NCBI GenBank assembly: GCA_031263785.1
Contig: JAISFC010000010.1
Span: 1 to 44,212 of the forward strand
Reading direction: 5' to 3'
Source: Clostridiales bacterium
GTDB lineage: Bacteria; Bacillota; Clostridia; Monoglobales; WRBX01
Length of the DNA stretch: 44,212 nucleotides
Shown here: piece after piece, positions 20,656-30,000 of the stretch
Position numbering within the stretch: position 1 is the first letter of the stretch
Layout of the letters: each line of letters begins with the position of its first letter
The notes under the pieces: generated by a model
Told to the model about the DNA's origin: nothing
Seen by the model: the letters and a program-made list of their open reading frames with translations, nothing else
Databases searched by the model: none
Translations under genes and position numbers: made by a program

Positions 20656-20692
20656 AAAAAAACCGCAAGGAAGTTAATCTTCCTCACGGCTT
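20656..20692 (-). terminator. Intrinsic terminator of the 852-aa gene
   Basis: Minus strand reads CCGTGAGGAAG-ATTAA-CTTCCTTGCGG followed by a T-run. Confidence 0.75.
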
Positions 20693-20743
20693 AATCTTTA
20701 TGTATCTTTAAAACTAAATTATACTTTCTCCTGAACTATTATT

Positions 20744-23302
20744 CTATAATGTCGGAGCTCCACCACCACTGGGTGGTTTTTGACCCAAAAGGCTATTCCT
20801 CTTAATTGCCTCCAGATTATTCAATGCGCTCTCCCTTATACTTTCCATTCCTTCTACGTACCCCTGCTGCATGGAAAGAGCAATTACGTATTTTTCATTG
20901 ATAGGAGCCAACGATTCCGCAATTTTATCAATCTCGGCAAGAATCTTTCGTTCAACATCTACTGTGTCATCATTTATTTTATTAATCCTTTTTGTATGTA
21001 TGTTTTCCAGCTTACGTCTGTCCTCGTTTAACTGTGGCAGTGGTTTTTCTTTATCCAATGTAAATTTTCTGAAATCTTCTTCTGCAGCAGCTATTTCTGT
21101 TCTTGCTTCAGCTTCTCTAGCGCTATTGAAGTTCGCCAAACGAGTACCCGCAGTTTTCTTCATGTCGGTAATTTTAGCATCAAATTCTTTACCTACGTTA
21201 GCTATGTCCGCTTCAGCTTTTGTTTTTATTTTTTCAATTTGAGCCATTTTGTCATCATCATCAATATCTGATTGTGCAATTTCTTTTTGTCTCAAGTCTG
21301 CTACATTGTTAATAGTTGCTGCTTCAGCATCAAATGCTTTGCCTGACTCCGTAATATACGTAGTTATTTCTTCGTCAACTTCATTTTGCTTTCTAGCAAT
21401 CTCTCTGTCCCTGTTAGCCTCTATATTCTTAATCTTATTGTCTTTGCTTATTTTTTCTGCGCCAACAAGCGCGTGAATATCTTTTATACGTCTATCGTAC
21501 CCATGTGTCTCCTGTTCGAGAGAATATCTATCATTCTCCTTCGCTATATCGGTCTCTTCTTTTAGATCAGCTTCCACTAACAATTTAAATTGTGCGGCTT
21601 GCTGTTCAACAAGCTCCGTCATCTTCTTCAAGCTTTTTCTTACTTCCGCGCTTGCCTTTGTTTCAGCTGTCAACTTAGCATAAGGATCATACGGAATGTT
21701 GTCATGCGTTGCCCGCATTAAATTAACCATCGCCTCGTATGGATTATCAAGAACTACATTAGGCTCCGGCTCCAGAAAATCGGGTACAAGTCCTCTTATG
21801 GGTAAAGGTCCGGTTCCGGTTACAGGTCCGCCTTTGGGCGCAGATTCAGGTTTTATAACTTCCGCATTTCTCCTCATCTCATCTTGCGCTTCCGCTTGCT
21901 TTTCCAAAAATTTCCGCTTTTCCTCGGCGGCTTTGTCTCGAGCCTCTTGCTCCACCCTGGCTTTCTCGTCCGCCAATCTTTTCGCTTCTGCTTCTCTGGC
22001 TTTGTCCGCCACCACTTGTCTCTCTCTCTCTATTTTATCGTGTATTTCCTGTGCTTTTCTTATTACTTCTTTCTTGTCTTCCAGCTTTTCGGTTACAAAG
22101 GGGACAATATACTTATTATACCCTTCGTTCTGCATATCTTCTATTAAACTTGTTATACAATCATAAACATTATTCGGCGCTTTTGAGTCTTCAAAAACTG
22201 ACTTCACGTATTTAAAGACCGGTTCAAAAGCTTCCTCTTCCTTTAATTTATACTCAAAGTTATATTTTTCTTTATTCCCGTTTATAATCTCTGCCATTCG
22301 CTTTTTTGTCTCTAACGCCATCAGTTCCATAGCTTCCGATAAATCCGCAGGCAGCCAATCTAAAGCTTCTCCCGCTCCGATTTTTTTGTCGATAAATGAA
22401 TTTAATATTCCTATTGCTTCCTCTTTTGTCATTTCATCCATGTTATTTCCTCCCTCAATTTGACCTTGTGCTTGCTCTTGCTCCGGCTCCCCTTCGCCTC
22501 TTCCTTCCGCAAATCCATCTGATGCTCTACTTAAAGTTCTTTTTAAATCTTTAAACCATCCCATTACCCTTCTCCCCCATCCTTTATTTTTTAGTTCTTC
22601 CAACGTTTTCGTATGTAATAGTTCCTGATTCGCTTCAAAAATCTCATCTCTACGCCGATCCATCGCTTCCGCTAGTTCGTCTATTCTCTTTGCGATGGCG
22701 TCCCATTCTTCATTTGACGCTCTCGCCATATTTTTCTCTCTTAACAACTTCATCAGCTTATCCAACTCCGCTTGCATTTCTTTGCATTGCGGGTCCCTTG
22801 CGTAAAGCTTCTCTAATTGTCTATCAAATTCTTTATTAAATTGACGTACTCTCCACATCCCGCGCCCAGCGCTGCCCCAGCCACACTTTTCAAGTAACGG
22901 CTTGAGACCCATACCGACCGCGAACACTCCGATCGCCGCCGGCAACAACAAACCCGCGTTAGCTACCCCAACGCCCCACATTGCAAGCGCAAGCACAGCG
23001 GACCCTCCTCCCATGAGGGTACGATACTTGCTTCCTGCCTTATTATTAAAAGGTTGCATGTCTTTTAATGCCTTTTCTCTGCCTTCCTTCGTTGCGGGCA
23101 TTGCATCCCACGGCATGTTATTCTTTCCTATTAAGAGGTCAAATATCTTCGAAATTATTACCGCAGTCCAGCTCCCGTAGCCCGTGCCTCCGTCATTTGC
23201 GTGTTGCATTGCAGCCTGATTCGCGCCCATTGCCTCAATTAGCGCTCGCTCTTCATTTGCTTCAGGTCTTCCACTTTCATTTCTGTCTGCCATAATGTTC
23301 AA
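20744..23302 (-). CDS. Orphan coiled-coil protein with an N-terminal hydrophobic hairpin
   Basis: 852-aa ORF rich in E/K/A heptads, with a hydrophobic segment around aa 96-132, its own promoter and terminator, and lower GC than its neighbours. Confidence 0.8.
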   Translation of the reverse strand: MNIMADRNESGRPEANEERALIEAMGANQAAMQHANDGGTGYGSWTAVIISKIFDLLIGKNNMPWDAMPATKEGREKALKDMQPFNNKAGSKYRTLMGGGSAVLALAMWGVGVANAGLLLPAAIGVFAVGMGLKPLLEKCGWGSAGRGMWRVRQFNKEFDRQLEKLYARDPQCKEMQAELDKLMKLLREKNMARASNEEWDAIAKRIDELAEAMDRRRDEIFEANQELLHTKTLEELKNKGWGRRVMGWFKDLKRTLSRASDGFAEGRGEGEPEQEQAQGQIEGGNNMDEMTKEEAIGILNSFIDKKIGAGEALDWLPADLSEAMELMALETKKRMAEIINGNKEKYNFEYKLKEEEAFEPVFKYVKSVFEDSKAPNNVYDCITSLIEDMQNEGYNKYIVPFVTEKLEDKKEVIRKAQEIHDKIERERQVVADKAREAEAKRLADEKARVEQEARDKAAEEKRKFLEKQAEAQDEMRRNAEVIKPESAPKGGPVTGTGPLPIRGLVPDFLEPEPNVVLDNPYEAMVNLMRATHDNIPYDPYAKLTAETKASAEVRKSLKKMTELVEQQAAQFKLLVEADLKEETDIAKENDRYSLEQETHGYDRRIKDIHALVGAEKISKDNKIKNIEANRDREIARKQNEVDEEITTYITESGKAFDAEAATINNVADLRQKEIAQSDIDDDDKMAQIEKIKTKAEADIANVGKEFDAKITDMKKTAGTRLANFNSAREAEARTEIAAAEEDFRKFTLDKEKPLPQLNEDRRKLENIHTKRINKINDDTVDVERKILAEIDKIAESLAPINEKYVIALSMQQGYVEGMESIRESALNNLEAIKRNSLLGQKPPSGGGAPTL

Positions 23303-23331
23303 CCTCCCCGCAATTGTATCACTATATATTT

Positions 23332-23360
23332 ATTATACATCTTTTTTGCCGGCTTGTCAA
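23332..23360 (-). promoter_or_regulatory. Consensus sigma-A promoter of the 852-aa gene
   Basis: TTGACA-17 bp-TATAAT on the minus strand. Confidence 0.8.
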
Positions 23361-23541
23361 TACTTTTTTTGTTTTTTAATGTTAAATTTATGTAAAGACG
23401 CCTTTTTACGGCACGGCGCGAGGCGGCGAATCTGGCAAAAACACGCGTTAAATGGGCTATATATGCTTTAACGCCCCTCACAAATTGAAAGAGACGTTAA
23501 AGTAGGCGCATTATAATTTATTCTTGCAGGTCAAGCCGTCG

Positions 23542-23616
23542 TGGCACCCTCGGCGCGAATCGAACGCACAATGTTCCCTTAGGAGGGGAAAGTTATATCC
23601 GTTTAACTACGAGGGC
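23542..23616 (-). tRNA. tRNA-Arg (CCT)
   Basis: Minus strand reads GCCCTCG...TTCCC-CTCCTAA-GGGAA...GTTCGATTC...CGAGGGT-G-CCA. Confidence 0.93.
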
Positions 23617-23745
23617 GTATTTAATTAGTATGACCGCACCCGCTTCCGCCATGCCGCCACATATAGTTTAGCACATTTCGGCTAATATGTCAAGGAATTC
23701 ACGCCGCCTCCACGCACGCCGCAGTCGGGCTCCGATAATTTAAGC

Positions 23746-23774
23746 TTGACAAGGATAGCTTTTTGGTATAAAAT
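23746..23774 (+). promoter_or_regulatory. Sigma-A promoter of dnaN-recF
   Basis: TTGACA-17 bp-TAAAAT directly before the AGGAGG RBS of dnaN. Confidence 0.75.
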
Positions 23775-23796
23775 ATCAGCAGGAGGGGGTAATATC

Positions 23797-24960
23797 ATGA
23801 AATTTGTATGTGAACGGGATATCTTTCAAACAGCGGTCGGCACGGCGATAAAAGCCGCCGCCACGGGTACGCTTGCACAGATTACGTCGGCGGTGCATAT
23901 CACGGCACGCAAGGACAAAACCATTACACTCACCTGTAATAATCTGGAAATTTCGATAGATTACACTGTTGAGGCAAGCGGCGTTTCTAAGGAAGGCACG
24001 GGCGCGATTCCCGCGAAGATTTTGGGCGATATGGTCCGCAAATTCACGGCGGACAACGTCACTGTGCAGTGCGATGACAAGCACAATTTCACAATCGACT
24101 GCGGCAAGGCGCACTTTGAAATTAACGGGCTGGACCCGGCGGAATTCGCGCTGCCGTCCGAGATTGCGCCGGAATATTCCATCAGCGTCAAGGGCGAAAC
24201 TCTGCGCGAGCTGATACGCGGCAGCACATTTGCGGCTTCGACAAGCGAGTCGCGGGTGATGCTCACGGGATGCATGCTGGAGCGCGACGGGAAATTTATT
24301 CGCATGGTCGCGCTGGACGGATACCGCATGGCAATGCGCCAATTTGCGCTGGAATCCGCCGCGACTAAAAAAGGCGGCAAGGCGGAAAAAGACAAGAAAA
24401 TCAGCAGTGAAAAGACGGCGGTGGTGATTCCCGCGAAGGCGCTGAACGATTTCAGCCGCTTTACAAGCGAGGGCGAAAACGACGTGGAAATTAGCGTAAG
24501 CCGCAGTCACGCCGCGTTCGAGATTCAGGCGGAGACGGGGAAAATGCGCTTTATATCGCGTGTTTTGAACGGCGAATTCATGGACTACACCCGTACGCTC
24601 CCCAACGAGAACGAATGCGGAGTAACGGTGGAAACGTCGGCATTAATTCGGGCGTTGGAGCGCACCACGTTGGTCATCGCCAGCGACCAAATGCGCTCGC
24701 CCCTGCGCATGAACATCGGCGGGGACGGCATCCACATGAGCTGCGCCACAATCGCAGGGAAGGCGGAGGACCACGTTCAGGCGGAGATAAGCGGAAACCC
24801 GCTGGAAATAGGCTTTAATCACCGTTTCCTAATTGAGGCGGTGCGCAACGCCGACGCCGAAAAAATACATATACAGTTTGCGGGAAGTGTGCGTCCGTGC
24901 CTGATTCAGCCCGCGGAGGGCGATGATTTCAAGTATGTGGTGCTTCCCGTGCGGCTGTAG
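23797..24960 (+). CDS. dnaN: DNA polymerase III beta sliding clamp
   Basis: Starts MKF, contains MVALDGYRMA and IGFN, and ends YVVLPVRL. Confidence 0.95.
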   Translation: MKFVCERDIFQTAVGTAIKAAATGTLAQITSAVHITARKDKTITLTCNNLEISIDYTVEASGVSKEGTGAIPAKILGDMVRKFTADNVTVQCDDKHNFTIDCGKAHFEINGLDPAEFALPSEIAPEYSISVKGETLRELIRGSTFAASTSESRVMLTGCMLERDGKFIRMVALDGYRMAMRQFALESAATKKGGKAEKDKKISSEKTAVVIPAKALNDFSRFTSEGENDVEISVSRSHAAFEIQAETGKMRFISRVLNGEFMDYTRTLPNENECGVTVETSALIRALERTTLVIASDQMRSPLRMNIGGDGIHMSCATIAGKAEDHVQAEISGNPLEIGFNHRFLIEAVRNADAEKIHIQFAGSVRPCLIQPAEGDDFKYVVLPVRL

Positions 24961-24963
24961 CGC

Positions 24964-26019
24964 ATGATTCTTTCGCGGCTGGAACTGAATAATTTTCGGA
25001 ATTACCCCCATAGGGAGTTCGTTTTCAGCGACGGCGTGAATGTCATCCGCGGCGCGAACGGCACGGGCAAGACCAACATTTTAGAGGCGATACACATGCT
25101 TGCGACGTCGAAATCGCACAGAATGGCGCGGGAGCGTGAGATAATCCTGCATGGGCAAGCGTTTTCGCGGATACGCGCGGAATTTTCGGCGCGAGGGCGG
25201 GTAAATGAGCTGGAGGCGCGGCTGGGTCCCGACCGCCGCAAGCAATTCAGCAAAAACCATGTCCCCGTCAGGAAAACGTCTGATTTAATAGGGTTTTTGA
25301 GCGTCGTGATGTTCTCGCCCGACGACCTGCAAATAATCAAAGGGTCCCCGCAAGCGCGGCGCAAAACCATAGATTTGTCGCTGTGCCAGATGAGTAAACG
25401 TTATTTTCAGTTGCTTTCCAACTGCAACCGTGTTTTGGTGCAAAAAAATAAATTGCTCAAGTCCGACGCGGCGGCGGACGCGTTGGAGGTTTGGGACATG
25501 CAATTAGCCCGATTCGGCACGGAAATAAGCCGTCTGCGCGCGGAATACATACAAATCCTGAGCGAGGAAGCGCGTGGACGCTTTAGCGAGCTGATGGGCT
25601 TGAAATTGGGGCTCACCTACACGTGCGGGGCGGGCGAGGGCGTCGCCGATGAGGATGCGTATTACGACGAGATTGTGCGAAACGCTGATAAAGAGAGGAA
25701 ATATCGCCAATCGCTGGTGGGTCCGCACCGCGACGACTTCCACATCACGATTTCCGAGCGGTCGGCACGGGCGTACGCGTCGCAGGGGCAGCAGAGAAGC
25801 GCCGTTATCGCGCTGAAAATGGGGCAGGTTGAGATTCTGCGGTCGCGCTTGGAGGAACCACCGCTGCTCCTCCTCGATGACGTGATGAGCGAACTCGACA
25901 GCGCGCGCCAAAAATACATACTTTCCTCTGCAAACGACGGGCAGGTTATAATTACCACCGCGAATAAAGCCCCAGCGATTCCGCAGGCGGGATGCAATGA
26001 GATAGACGTGGAAAGTTAA
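24964..26019 (+). CDS. recF: DNA replication/repair protein RecF
   Basis: NFRNY, GANGTGKTN, GPHRDD, SQGQQRS and LLLDDVMSELD motifs. Confidence 0.96.
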   Translation: MILSRLELNNFRNYPHREFVFSDGVNVIRGANGTGKTNILEAIHMLATSKSHRMAREREIILHGQAFSRIRAEFSARGRVNELEARLGPDRRKQFSKNHVPVRKTSDLIGFLSVVMFSPDDLQIIKGSPQARRKTIDLSLCQMSKRYFQLLSNCNRVLVQKNKLLKSDAAADALEVWDMQLARFGTEISRLRAEYIQILSEEARGRFSELMGLKLGLTYTCGAGEGVADEDAYYDEIVRNADKERKYRQSLVGPHRDDFHITISERSARAYASQGQQRSAVIALKMGQVEILRSRLEEPPLLLLDDVMSELDSARQKYILSSANDGQVIITTANKAPAIPQAGCNEIDVES

Positions 26020-26122
26020 AAAAAATCACCCCCAAAAGGGGATGATTTCATCGTACTCGCAATGATTATACTTAGTATAATCCTACTTGCAACGATTTTT
26101 ACTTCGTTCATTTGTTTTTACA
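26018..26122 (-). ncRNA. Putative trans-acting antitoxin sRNA (toxin-less unit 0)
   Basis: Minus-strand TTGACA (26157-26152)-17 bp-TATAAT (26134-26129), ending in a hairpin plus T-run at 26018-26048. The body is complementary to the RBS and 5' CDS of the two downstream peptides. Ends are approximate. Confidence 0.6.
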
Positions 26123-26174
26123 ATTATTATTATAAACCATTTCCGGTGTCTTGTCAAGTATTTTTTTTTTGCTA

Positions 26175-26203
26175 TTGACAAATTACGACTTTTACTATAA
26201 AAT
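26175..26203 (+). promoter_or_regulatory. Sigma-A promoter of type I toxin mRNA, unit 1
   Basis: TTGACA-17 bp-TAAAAT. Unit 2 has TTGACA-17 bp-TAGAAT at about 26593-26621. Confidence 0.75.
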
Positions 26204-26288
26204 ATCTACAAGAGAGTTAAATACTGAAAACAGCGACAAGCTGGACGGTTATGCTCACTCCCATCTTAAAAAGAGAGGGGGTGATTGT

Positions 26289-26399
26289 ATGATAATTGCA
26301 TTGATTATACTTAGTATAATCTTACTTGCAACAATTTTCTCAGCAATAGTTAGTTTATATAAACTAGCAAAGAGAAATCGATATTATACAAAGAAATAA
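26289..26399 (+). CDS. Type I toxin-like peptide 1 (36 aa, holin-like)
   Basis: MIIALIILSIILLATIFSAIVSLYKLAKRNRYYTKK: one TM helix and a basic tail, with a GAGGGGGTG RBS held in a hairpin. Confidence 0.85.
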   Translation: MIIALIILSIILLATIFSAIVSLYKLAKRNRYYTKK

Positions 26400-26544
26400 C
26401 CGCCAACGTAGCAAGCGATTAGACGGTTATTTCAACCCAATATCGTGAGCATAGCCGTTTGACGTTTTTGCTCTCTTACTTTTTTTGCGATTATTTATAT
26501 TTTTCGCTTATCGACAATAATTATACTAGCTACTTTTCTTCTCT
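26390..26544 (-). ncRNA. Putative cis-antisense antitoxin RNA, unit 1
   Basis: Minus-strand TTGACA (26579-26574)-17 bp-TATACT (26556-26551), ending at the GAAATAACCG...CGGTTATTTC hairpin over the toxin stop. Ends are approximate. Confidence 0.65.
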
Positions 26545-26705
26545 ACTATTAGTATAAACTATTTTCAGCGTCTTGTCAAGTATTTTTTTCTATTGACAAA
26601 TTACGACTTTTAATATAGAATATCTACAAGAGAGTTAAGACTGAAAACAGCGACAAGCTGGATGGTTATGCTCACTCCCATCTTAAAAAGAGAGGGGGTG
26701 ATTGT

Positions 26706-26816
26706 ATGATAATTGCATTGATTATACTTAGTATAATACTACTTGCAACGATTTTCTCATCTATAGTTAGCTTATATAAACTAGCAAAGAGAAATCGATA
26801 TTATACAAAGAAATAA
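26706..26816 (+). CDS. Type I toxin-like peptide 2 (36 aa)
   Basis: Not in the ORF track. MIIALIILSIILLATIFSSIVSLYKLAKRNRYYTKK, one residue different from peptide 1 and offset by 417 bp. Confidence 0.85.
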   Translation: MIIALIILSIILLATIFSSIVSLYKLAKRNRYYTKK

Positions 26817-26957
26817 CCGCCATCACTGCTAACGATTAGACGGTTATTTCAACTGAATTTTCGTGAGCATAGCCGTTTGACGTTTTTGCTCTCTTACTTT
26901 TTTTGCAATTATTTATATCTTTCGCCTATCAACAAAAATTATACCAATTCTTCCTAT
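26807..26957 (-). ncRNA. Putative cis-antisense antitoxin RNA, unit 2
   Basis: Minus-strand TTGACA (26992-26987)-17 bp-TATAAT (26969-26964), with the same terminal hairpin as unit 1. Ends are approximate. Confidence 0.65.
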
Positions 26958-27043
26958 ACATTTATTATAAACTATTTTCGGCGTGTTGTCAAGTATTTTT
27001 TTTGCCGTTTGCGTGTCGATTATCCGCGAAGCTTGCTATTCCC

Positions 27044-30000
27044 CTAATACATCGTCACCACCAGCGGCAACGGCTGCATCCTCGTCTTCCCGAGGTATCG
27101 CAGCACCGTCGTATAATCCGCGGCATCCACCCCCAAATACTCGTTTATATTGTAAATCGTCGTGATCCCCTCAATATTATCATTCCCCACCTGCCCCTTA
27201 ATCGTGTTCAGGTCCGCCGTCGTTATCGCATACTTGTTCACGCTGTTCAGGTAAAACGCCCCCGCATATAGGTACGCTATATCATTAATCGACAGCACCG
27301 ACGCCTCCGTCAGCCCCCCCACATTCATCTTCGTCCCGTCAATGTACATCTCCGCCCATAGGTAGCTCTCCTGCCTCACCGTCCCAACATCCCCGCCGTT
27401 CGACCCATATCGGCTAAACCTCAACATATACTTCGGCGCACCTGTGTCGGGGTCGCTCAGCGCAATCGCCTCCGCCAGCTCCTTCGGTATCCTCATCTCC
27501 CAATTGTATACCGCCAAACTCTTGTTCGCCATCACTCCCGTCATGTTCATCGGCTGCGTGTACACTATATCCTCCACCCGCCCGATAATCGTCCCGTCCG
27601 TCTCCACCTCATATAACTCCACCCTGATCCCCGCGTCCATCCTCTGCAGGTCCGGCGTGTAGTTTAGGTCCGCAAAATATGCCCGCTGCTTCCCCGTCAG
27701 CACCGCCCGCCCGCGCAATGTCACCTCAAAATCCGTTATCTCGTCGAATATCATCACCTCAACCGTCGGCACCCCCAAGTTCACATACTCGTTCGTCACC
27801 GACTCAATATACCCCGTCGCTAGCACGTACGCCCCGTAATCCCCATAATTACTGCTAATAACCCCCTTGCTCCCGCCCATCCCAAATAGCGGATCCTGCT
27901 GAATCCCGTTGAGATTGCTATACTCCTTAATGTGGAACGGCACATTAAACTCCGAATCGTCCCTAACCTTGTAATGAATCCTAAAATACGGCGTCTGATT
28001 CTCCACCGTATGCGGCACGGACGGCAACGATTGCCCCTCCAGCACCGCCCAACTCAGCAGAAACTTCCCCGCCGCGTTGATAACACTCACCACCTCCGTC
28101 GACGAATCATAAGGCGTCAAATCGCTCAGGGACGTCCCGTTCACCACCACGCTCCCCAGCCCCTTTATGTCAAAATCAATCGTCTCAAGGTCGGTAATCT
28201 CAATCTTGTCGTTGTCGAATAGGAACGGCAACGCCATCGCAAACCCGTCCAGCCCATATGGGTTCTCAAAAGAAACATCAATCGTCCCCTCCATCCCCAC
28301 CTTCTTCTTCGTGTCGTCGGGGGACATAAGCACACTAATCGCGCCCGCCTGCAGCACCTGGCTGTTGATATCAAACGCCACGCGGGTGTACGCCTTGCCA
28401 TAGACGCTCTTGCCCGCCGTAACCTTCACCAGCTCCTCCGCCGCCGTCTCCCTCAGCCAGAAATATACCTGCCCGACGGAATCCGTGTAGACGTCCTTGA
28501 TTCCATAAACGTTGCCCGCCGGCGCCTGCGCCATGTCCACATTGCCGATTTTCCCGCTCAATACCTGCGCGTTCGCCACCGCGGGTCTGCCCACCTGCCA
28601 TATATTGTAGTACACATTTTGGTTCGAGTTGTTTCTCGGTCGCGGACCCTTAAGATTATTAACGTACACGCTCCCGCCGTTAATTCTAACCTCCCCCACT
28701 CCCTCATAAACGCTCCCGCCGCCGATTGCCGCGCCGGTGTCACCGTTTGCTATCGCCCGCACGGTGCCGCCGTCTATCATGATTTCTGCCCTGGTCTGGA
28801 ACTGCATCCCCGTCCTTCCGCCTATTCCCGCGCAGGATACCATGCCGATTGCGGTCACACTCCCTCCGGTGATAGTTACGATGCTGCCCTGATTCTGGAC
28901 GCCAATCCCCGCGCCGGCGCTGCCGTCCGTGGGTCCGCTTGCAACAATATCGCCGCCGCTGATAATTACATTCACTTGGACGCCGTTACCATCGGCTGAA
29001 TTGCCAAGACCAATCCCCGAACATAGATTTGATCCCCCCGTCGCCCTTACCTTTCCTCCCGAAATATTAATGTAAATACGGGAATTGCTACCGGCGGAGA
29101 GTCCATAGCCTATTCCCGCGCCGCTGACGCTGGTTGCCGTAATGTCGCCTCCGGATATATTAATGGTCCCTTGCTGTTGTGATGCAGTGCCTCCGCCTAT
29201 TCCCGCGCCTCCCGTGCCGTAAGCTTTAATTATACCGTCGTATATATTGATTATCCCAAAGTGACCGGCAGTCCCGCCGGTTCCTCCGCCGATAGCGGCG
29301 CTATTATTGCCATACGCTGTAATTTCACCGCCGGCTATGTTAATTTCATTTATAGTGGACATAGTGCCGCCGCTGCTTCCCCCGGTGCCTATGCCCGCGG
29401 AGTTGCCCTTTCCATACACCGTGATTTTTCCGCCGGATATATTAATTTTATCAAGCATATTAAGATATCCGCAGCCGATGCCCGCGCCATAATTATTCCC
29501 GGAGTCTATCGTAATATTTCCTCCGGATATATTAATGGTTCCGGTCGTGCTTATACCGGTGCCGCCTACATACCCATTTCCTATACCCGTGCCGTAGTTA
29601 AAAGTAGGAATCTTGATTATACCGCCGGTTATGGTAATTTCGTCAACGCGCCGACTGCCGCCAATTCCCGCGCCGGCGTAACCACTAGCGTCGTTCATCC
29701 CCCTAGCTTCAATCTTGCCGCCGTTTATCTTAATTATTCCGCTGTCGCCAAACCGACCCGCGCCGATGCCGGAGCCCGTGCCGCCTTCACATATAGCGAG
29801 AATTTCCCCGCCGTTTATCGTAATTTTGCCGCCGTGCCCCGTTATGCCGTTGTTTGACGGGTTTTGCCCGCCGCCGATGCCCGCCGCTTCAGTTGCCGCC
29901 CGCGCTTCTACCTTGCCGCCGTTTATCGTAACTACGCCGTTGCTCCCACGATAGCCGCCGCCAATGCCCGCGCTGGTGCTGCCCCCCCGCGCATATATTG

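Noticed and set aside
23620-23796. oriC upstream of dnaN
   Set aside because: No DnaA-box cluster or dnaA gene is visible; the region holds only divergent promoters.
26151-26288. 82-aa extended version of toxin 1
   Set aside because: The extension runs through the promoter and 5' UTR. The RBS and the second copy both support the ATG at 26289.
26020-27000. CRISPR array or phage attachment repeats
   Set aside because: The units are ~417 bp long and carry promoters and an ORF. There is no short repeat-spacer pattern and no cas or integrase gene.
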